DNA of 64,000 bases from Macrostomum lignano. Its lineage: Eukaryota. Where the stretch lies: NCBI GenBank assembly GCA_002269645.1, contig NIVC01000455.1, positions 1 through 64,000 of the forward strand, given 5' to 3'. The position numbers were made by a program, and so were the translations under genes. The notes below the pieces were generated by a model. The model did not search any database. It saw nothing but the letters and a program-made list of their open reading frames with translations, and was not told the DNA's origin. This document shows, piece by piece, positions 36,541-45,900 of this stretch (positions within the stretch are counted from its first letter, which is position 1; the number at the start of each line of letters is the position of its first letter).

Positions 36541-36963
36541 TATCATCTTAGGCCTAATCTGTTCCGTTAAATACATACAGACAGACACAGTGAGACATTT
36601 ATAATTTGTTAATCCGCACGGGACACAGCCTGTGACACTGCTATTGAACTCAAGCACACCTGGTTGCTGCTGATTTACATTATTCAATCAACCTACCTAT
36701 TAAATCTATGTCACCCGAAGGAAAAATAACAAAGAGAAAGAGGCTAACCAGGTAGAACTGCTTCAAAACTGATCAAACTCAAATCCAAAAAGCAACGCTG
36801 CTACTCGGGTACTGCATATATTTACAAAACATAAAAATGAAATAAAAAGGGCCTCATCTACCACTGGCTCAATGGAAGCAGCGGGTTTGAAAAAGTATAA
36901 CAAAATGATAGAAACGCAGGTCGCTAGAAAGCAGAACAGCTTCACAAGCTCTCCATCAGCTCG

Positions 36964-39900
36964 TCATGAGTACTTGGCCAGAATCGTGTCCCCAGAGGCG
37001 ATATTGTAGTACAGCACTTCGCGAGTCTCCACCTCCATGGGGTACTCGATGCCCGGCATATTGTCGCACAGGTAGAAAAGCTCAACATGGGCTGTTGGCG
37101 GCAGCCGGAAGGCCTTGCGGATGAAGGCGATCAGGTGCTGCACCAGCATGCGGCCCGGCAGGCGCTTCGTGACTGCCTTCTGCTTGCTCTCCTGTGGGTT
37201 CGGGGCGATTCTTGGGGTTTGTTCAGGGCGATTCTCGGGGTTTGTTCAGGGCGATTCTTGGGGTTTGTTCAGGGCGATTCTTGGGGTTTGTTCAGGGCCA
37301 TTCCTGGGGTTTGTTCAGAGCGATTCTTGGGGTTTGTTCAGGGCGATTCTTGGGGTTTGTTCAGGGCGATTCTTGGGGTTTGTTCAGGGCGATTCTTGGG
37401 GTTTGTTCAGGGCGATTCTTGGGGTTTGTTCAGGGCGATTCTTGGGGTTTGTTCAGGGCGATTCTTGGGGTTTGTTCAGGGCGATTCTTGGGGTTTGTTC
37501 AGGGCGATTCTTGGGGTTTGTTCAGGGCGATTCTTGGGGTTTGTTCAGGGCGATTCTTCAGGATGGTTCAGGGCGATTCTTCAGGATGGTTCAGGGCGAT
37601 TCTTCGGGTTTGTTCAGGGCGATTCTTCAGGATGGTTCAGGGCGATTCTTGAGAATTCACGGAGATACTTTGGGGTTTTCGAGCTAATTCAAGTGGCAGT
37701 CAGTATTAGCTAAACAGTTCCACTTCAGCACTTCAGCGGCCTCCTCACCTCTCCCGTGTCGGCCCGCTTGCAGCGCAGCCGCACCTCCAGCACCGAGTCC
37801 TTCAGCGCCCGCGCCGCCGTCCCGGCCATCTCGGCCTCATCCGGGGCGCCCAGCTTGTCTAATAGGACTGGCAGGCTTGGATGAAGCCGCTTAAATTTGG
37901 CTGCAGCTTCCGGGTCGCCGCCGGCCGCCGTGAGATCGCGGTACTGGGCGTAGTGCCGCTTCAGGTAGTCGATCTCGGCCCCGAACCGCTCGTCCCGCTT
38001 GATGAGGCTGCGGTTCAACAGCCGCAAGCGGGGTAGGCGGGCGATGGCCAGCTGCCTGTTGGGTTAAGGCGGGCTGGGGGCTGAGTGTCTGGCTGGCTGG
38101 AACAAAGACTTATTTATTATTTTAATTCAAGTTTCATACACTACAGGTATGAGGTAGCATAGATGGAATTGAACAAAGACACTCCTAGTAATGTAATTGG
38201 ATTTCCACTAGAAATCAGGCAGGATAGGAAAAAAGACACACTGGGAATCAGACATCAGGAACAAAGACACACTGGGAATCAGACATCAGGAACAAAGATC
38301 CACAAGACCACAATATGCTAGCATTGCAAACCTAGACGTGGCCTCGTCCTGAGCAGTCCACAGCGGGTTATCCAGCAGGATTAGCGAGCTGAGCTTGGGC
38401 AGCCGGTGCAGCTGGGACACGGAGGCCCAGTCAGCCAGGCGATTGCCGGACAGAGCCAGCGACTCCAGCGATGGGAACGGGGCCTGTGAAGTGTTGAGCA
38501 ATTTTATGGTCCGCTGTTCATCCTCATGCAGGCGAGTTACAAATAGATTTCCCAGAGTCGTTTCAGGTAACACAGGTAAGAAAGGAAAGAAGTGACTCTA
38601 GAGGACTCTAAAACAACGCCAAAGAGTTTTATTTTCTGCGACTCTACAATGACTCTGTAGCCGTAGAGTCATATTTTCGCCGCTTTATGAATTAGAATCG
38701 CATTTCGCAGCTATAACAGCTGTATTTAGTCTGCTTGAGTTGGGTAGAAAGTGCAGCGCTAACACAAAGACGATTGGCGACTCTTCCGCGACTATTTTTA
38801 CGATTCTGCAACTCAGTTGACGCGCTAGTGACTCAACAATCGCCTGTCTGTCGCATTACAGTCGTTTGAGTCGTTGCAATTTTTTTACCTGAGCCTCATC
38901 TGGGAGGCTGAACTCGGTCAGCTGGCAGCCGGCCAGGTTCAGCGATTTCAAACTGGGCAAACGGCAGCTCAGACCAGCCAGGCAGCTGGAGTCCAGCGGA
39001 TTGAAGGCCAGGTCGAGCTCAAGCAGGCTGGCCGCGTGCTCCGGCAGGTCCCCGGTAACGGCCGAGATGGCGTTGTGCGACAGTGCCAATCGGCGCAGTT
39101 TTGGCGCCAGGCGCCACAGCGCCAGACAGTCGGGCCAGTCAAGACCGACCTTGTTGAGCACCAGAGACTCCAGAGAGCCGAATGAGTCGGGTGGGTCGGG
39201 GACAAAGCCTGCGGGGAGTTGGCGAGCTGCGATCTGGCACCAATTGGGTTGCCTGCCTGTTCTATCTGCCGTTATCTACCTGTTCTATCTGCCGTTATCT
39301 ACCTGTTGTATCTGCCGTTATCTACTTGTTCTATCTACCTGTTTTATCTGCCGTTATCTACCTGTTCTATCTACCTGTTCTATCTGCCGTTATCTACCTG
39401 TTCTATCTGCCGTTATCTACCTGTTCTATCTGCCGTTATGTACCTGTTCTATCTGCCGTTATCTACCTGTTGTATCTGCCGTTATCTACCTGTTCTATCT
39501 GCCGTTATCTACCTGTTGTATCTGCCGTTATCTACCTGTTCTATCTACCTGTTCTATCTGCCGTTATCTACCTGTTCTATCTACCTGTTCTATCTGCCGT
39601 TATCTACCTGTTCTATCTACCTGTTCTATCTGCCGTTATCTACCTGTTCTATCTACCTGTTCTATCTGCCGTTATCTACCTGTTCTATCCGCCGTTATCT
39701 ACCTGTTCTATCTGCCGTTATCTACCTGTTGTATCTGCCGTTATCTACCTGTTCTATCTGCCGTTATCTACCTGTTCTATCTGCCGTTATGTACCTGTTC
39801 TATCTGCCGTTATCTACCTGTTGTATCTGCCGTTATCTACCTGTTCTATCTGCCGTTATCTACCTGTTCTATCTGCCGTTATCTACCTGTTCTATCTGCC

Positions 39901-42900
39901 GTTATCTACCTGTTCTATCTACCTGTTCTATCTGCCGTTATCTACCTGTTCTATCTGCCGTTATCTACCTGTTGTATCTGCCGTTATCTACCTGTTCTAT
40001 CTGCCGTTATCTACCTGTTCTATCTGCCGTTATCTACCTGTTGTATCTGCCGTTATCTACCTGTTCTATCTGCCGTTTTCTACCTGTTCCATCTGCCGTT
40101 ATCTACCTGTTCTATCTGTCATTATCTACCTGTTCTATCTGCCGTTATCTACCTGTTCTATCTGTCGTTATCTAACCTTTCTATCCTAATAAAAACATTA
40201 CAGTCAGTCCACCGCACGCACCAACAGGCGAGGCGAGCACATTCTGGCTGAGATTGAGCACCCGAAGATTTGGCAAAGCCTTGGCCACTCTGGCCAACTC
40301 GGCCCAATCGTGGAACAGGGTGAGACTCAGGTCCAGCTCGGTGAGGCTGGGCAGGCGGCTGCTCAGTTCGCTGGCATCTTCGGTGCTGCAGAATGCCACG
40401 GGAACGCCTGGGTGCAGACATTTGGTGCGGTTATAAATAGCAGGATTTGCATTTCAGATCTTAGACTGCAATTGAAACCAATATTTTTATACGTGAAGAA
40501 AAATCTACAATCGTGAGATCCGAATGCTGTTTATTAGAGATATTTACCGATTAAGTATTTAAAGAACTTCTCACTAATAAATAGGGATTCCTCACTGAAG
40601 AATAGGGATTCCTCGCTGAAGAATAGGGATTCCTCGCTGAAGAATAGGGATTCCTCGCTGAAGAATAGGGATTCCTCGCTGAAGAATAGGGATTCCTCGC
40701 TGAAGAATGGGATTCCTCGCTGAAGAATGGGATTCCTCGCTGAAGAATAGGGATTCCTCGCTGAAGAATAGGGATTCCTCGCTGAAGAATAGGGATTCCT
40801 CGCTGAAGAATAGGTATTCCTCGCTGAAGAATAGGGATTCCTCGCTGAAGATGGGGTTTCCTCGCTGAAGAATAGGGATTCCTCGCTGAAGAATAGGGGT
40901 TCCCCACTCAAGGGTGGAGATTTTAGGGGCTTTTATCTTCATAATAGGAATTTTCTCGCTTTTACATACGACAACCAGGCCCCCAATATCAGCACAAGCG
41001 GCAGGTGCAAGGAGTAGAACTTCACCCGTCAGCAGAACCGACTGCAGCGTTGCCAGCTGTGAAATTCGCTGAGCCGTTTTGACCATGCCGAACAGCTCAA
41101 TAGGCTTGGCATCTCTGTTGTGATCGCCTTCGAATGCCAGCTCGGCCTGGCTGAGTCCACAGAAATCGTCCGTTGGCGCGGTGTACCGCTGAATAATGCC
41201 TTCCAGCAGCCCGATGCCCGCATTGACGCGGCTGGCCTTCACGAAGGAGGCCGACGTGGCCTGCGCAGCCTGGCGAATGCGCGGGATTGGGACTTGTCAG
41301 GATGCAAGCATTGAGACAGCAGAACTGTCTGGAGATTTATCTGCTTGCATTTGGCATACATGTAAACCGTTATAGGATGAATCAACATAAGCTAATGTAA
41401 CCGAAGCTTTTTCGGCTATTTTTTTATCATACTTTCGGCTCTTACGGTTGTATCTTTTATCATACTTCCAAATCTTCAGGTTGTGTCTTTCATGATACTT
41501 CCGACTCTTCAGGTTGTGTCTTTCATGATACTTCCGACTCTACAGGTTGTGTCTTTCATGATACTTCCGACTCTTCAGGTTGTGTCTTTCATGATACTTC
41601 CGACTCTTCAGGTTGTGTCTTTCATGATACTTCCGACTCTTCAGGTTGTGTCTTTCATGATACTTCCGACTCTTCAGGTTGTGTCTTTCATGATACTTCC
41701 GACTCTTCAGGTTGTGTCTTTCATGATACTTCCGACTCTTCAGGTTGTGTCTTTCATGATACTTCCAACTCTTCAGGTTGTCTTTCCGGATACTTCCAAC
41801 TCTTCAGGTTGTATTTCATGATACTTCTGTCATGAATGTGTTGTTGTGACGAGTTAAGTTCACTATTCTACGTCGGGGCAGTCTGGCCGGCCTTCGACCC
41901 CCAATTCTTTGCGTGCAACCCCGCCCCATTCTTTTGTAAGCCTAGCTGCCCCGCCCCTGTAGTTTGTGATTGGCTGCCAGTCCCAGACTACCGTGCCGCG
42001 CCCCGGCGATTGACTGATACGTCTCATGTTTGTCCCATGCTGTTGTCTAAGCCCCCCCCCCTGTGACCGCCTTCATCCCGCGCCCTCAACCCCCAGTTTG
42101 CTGCCTATTTATTCGGACCCCCGTGAGACCCCATTTCCGTCGTCTTCGTGGCTCCCCGGTGATTGTTGCCAGTGTTGGTTGCTATTACACTAAATTGTCC
42201 TTAATTGTCCTAATTGTTCTAAATAAATAGAAATACAAATAGAGAATACCAAGAAGACTCCCACCGCTCTGTCGGCGTTGTTTTCGGGTTGAACGATCGA
42301 AATCGCGGCTGGTAAGCTTTCAACTTTGCTATTCATTTGGGTCTGTATCTGAACTAGGCACCTTAGAGGGATTAAGAGCGTCGTACGCCTGCCCCCCCCC
42401 CTAAGCAGCTCTGCGTCGTACGCGAGACTGTAGGCTATCGCGCGTCGTACGCTCGAGCAGCCTGGTCACGAAGGACACCGCGTCGTACGCGTGTCAGTGG
42501 AGGACCGCATCCAGGGTCAGTACGCGAACCCGGGTCTGGAAAGGGGTACGAAGGGACCGAGCCTTTGAGCCCCTCACCACAAATTGGCATCCTTGGTGGG
42601 ACCCTGCGCTGCGGAAGATTAAGCAAGGAAGGAGACTGGAGGCGCGGAACATTTTGAGACTTTGAGGTCGAGACTGGGAAGCTGAGGCATGGAGGCTGGG
42701 GGTGCTGCCGGAGGTGCTTCTGGAGATGCTATTGGAGGTGCTGCTGGAGATGCTGTTGGAGATGCTGCCGGAGGTTCTGCTGGAGGTGCTGCCGGAGGTG
42801 CTGCGGGAGGTGCGGCTTTTGGTGTAAACGACCTGGTCGCTGCGTTGACGGCCCAGATCCAGCAGAACATGAAGCAAGCTGGTGCTCTCGGAATTCAGCG

Positions 42901-45900
42901 GCCAGTGAAGTTCGCTCCGGGCATGAACTTCGTGAAGTGGTTGCGGCTCACTAGACTTCAGCACATTCCAAGTTGTTGACAACATGAACCTTGAGGACAA
43001 CTTGCCATTTGAAGAGTTTACCCAGGCCTTGAGGGATATGTTCACTATGCACCGTACCGTCGTCGACTACCGCACCGAACTGAGCAATAGAGAGCAGAGC
43101 GAGAAGGAGTCGGTAGAAGATTTCTCTGAAGCTGTGATTGAGTTGGTCGCAAACGCCTTTCCTGATGCGCCTGCCGATGTGCGCGATGATCTTGCTAAAG
43201 AGCGATTCATGCGAGGCGTCCGTGCGGGGGTGGCTGTGCGGGAGCGATTATACATGAGCCAGCCGGAGACTTTAGCGGACGCGATGTGTCTAGTGCATCA
43301 GCTGGAAGCGGCGGTTAGGGCAAGTCACGGTCCATCAGGTCAGGGATCAAAAAGAGCTACCGTCTGTGCTATCACGGCTGAGACCAGGAGGCTTCCGAAA
43401 GCAGTGAGGTCGAGATGCTTCGAAAACAGCTTGCGGCCATGGAGATGCGAATGAAAGAGATGGAGGAGCGGAGGTCTGAAGAAGCGGCAGAGCCGACCCC
43501 GGCGAGTCGGAAGGCTGTGCAGTGTTTTTCGTGTCGAGAGTGGGGCCATATCTCATCAAAGTGTCCAAAGAAGACCAGCCAGACAAGTGGAAACGGGAAA
43601 TCGCCAGTACGATGTCACAAATGCAACAGTGAAGGCCACCTATCCTTTAAGTGTCCGAAGTCGGGAAACGGGCCGAGGGGACCGACCGGGGAGAGTCGGT
43701 ACCCTGCCAGGAAGTGAAATCTCCCAGGAGCGAGGAACCGGTGTTGCTCACTAACTCTGTAAATAAATCCAAGTGCGTCTCTGGTGATTGGAATTCAAAG
43801 AGCAACCTGGTTCAAGAGGCGTGTTCGTCGGTATCAACGGAGCCCGTAACAGTTTTTATTTCCGGTGCGGTTTTCGGCAAGCCAGTGGCTCTGCTGTTAG
43901 ACAGTGGTGCGAGTGTGTCAGTGCTGAGCTGTGATGTTTTCCTGAGGCTGCCGCAAGAAGTGAGGGAGAGACTGACTGCAATGGGCGGGGCCCTTTCAAC
44001 GGCCAATGGAGGTGCGATGAGGATGAGAGGCTGTATTGTGTTGGACGTGGAGATTGGTGGCGAGCGGTGGTCAGCGAATTTTTTTGTAGTGGACGGATTG
44101 CGTTATGACGTAATTCTCGGGTCCGAATTTTTCAAACAGCATTGTTGCGTCATCAACTATTCCGAGTTTGTGTTTCGAGTTGGTGATGTCAAAGTTCCAA
44201 CACGGCAGAAAGGCTAGCTGCCTGTGATGTGTCGAATAAAAGCCGAGACAACGGTATTTCTGGAACCTGGACAAGAAGTCATCATGCCAGGCAGGGTGGA
44301 GAAAAAGGGCGCTAGAAATTGCGGATCGGTCGGCATCACGGAAAAGCCGGTAAGGGCCGCTGAGAAGGATTTGGCACTGGCTCGAGCTCTGGTAGCGGGT
44401 AGCGCCCGGCGAGGATGGACGGCTGCAGACGAGACTGCTGAATACATCCAGTTGTATGATGAGGGTCAAGAAGAGACGAGGTAGAGGCCAAGAATGAAGC
44501 GGAGGCATGGAACCCGATCGAAAAGTTCCGCGAGTGGGGTTCGTGTGGCCTGTCGGAGGAGGAGGAAGCCGACTTAAGAGACCTGATTCCCAACATCAGG
44601 CTGTCTTTGCTAAGGACTCCAAGGATCTCGGCTTACGACGGTGATGAAGCACGAGATCGAAACTGGGGATGCCAGGCCTGTGAAGGAAGCGGCGAGGCGG
44701 ATTCCTCTGTACCTGCGGCAGGAAGTGGACAAGAAGTTGGATGACTTGATGGAAGCTAGGGGAATCAGCGAGGTCCAGTCCCCATGGTGCTCGCCGGTGG
44801 TGTGCGTGAAAAAGGACGGTTCACTGAGGTTCTGTTGTGATTATCGGAAACTGAGTGAAGTGACCAAAAGGGATGCAGTGCCGTTGCCCAGGACAGATGA
44901 CCTGTTGGAGAGCCTAGGCGGTGCCAAGATTTTTTCGACCATGGACATGCAGTCAGGATACTGGCAAATGGCAGTGGAACCCAGCGACAGACTTAAGACG
45001 GCTTTTGGCGTTTCACACCGGGTACAGCAGTACGCCTGGGACGTTATGCCATTTGGATTGACGAATTCGCCGGCTTCATTCAGCCGACTAATGAATGTGG
45101 TGTTGGGGAAGTTGCGCTGGAAGACGTGTTTGGTGTATCTGGACGACCTGCTAGTGTGGTCAAGAACGGTGGAGGAGCACCTGGAGCGGTTGCAAACGGT
45201 CTTTCGACGGTTGCGAGCAGCGAACATCAAATTGAAGCCGAAGAAGTGCGCATTCCTGCTGAAGTCAGTAACCTTCCTGGGACACAGTGTCAGCTGATGG
45301 AATCGCCACGAGTTCAGAAGAGATTGCCGAAATTCGTGACTGGCCAACTACGAAGAATGCCAAGGAAGTAAGGTCATTCCTGGGACTGTGCGGGTATTAC
45401 TGACAATTTATCGCAGATTTTTTTTCCGCATTGCTGAGCCGATACTGCGACAGGATGAGAATGCTGAGGACGACGACGACGAGGACGATATCTTCTGCGC
45501 TAGACTGCCAGAGCTTGAGGAAGGCGTCCGACAAGGAATTCCTCTGATTCGCGACGAGGGATTACTGGTGGAGAACGAGAAAAGAATGGCTGAGCTGGAG
45601 CCACCGGAGCCTCAAGTGATTGAACCACACCAGGAAGTGGAGATCGAACCCGAGCCTCCGCCTGAGGGTATCCGACCGCGACGACGACGGAGACCCCCCG
45701 ACCGGTTCGGACAGCCGGTTTACTTCTGATCCGGGCAGGCGTACGACGCGTAGTATCGAGATATCGGCGAAGAGAGCGGATAAACCCATTTAATACTAGT
45801 AGCAGAAGTTTTAAACGGTTTTAAGATGTCGAATCTGTATGAGCGATTGGGTGTTGCCAAAGAAGCGACGACCTCAGAAATCAGGAAAGCATTCTACCGT

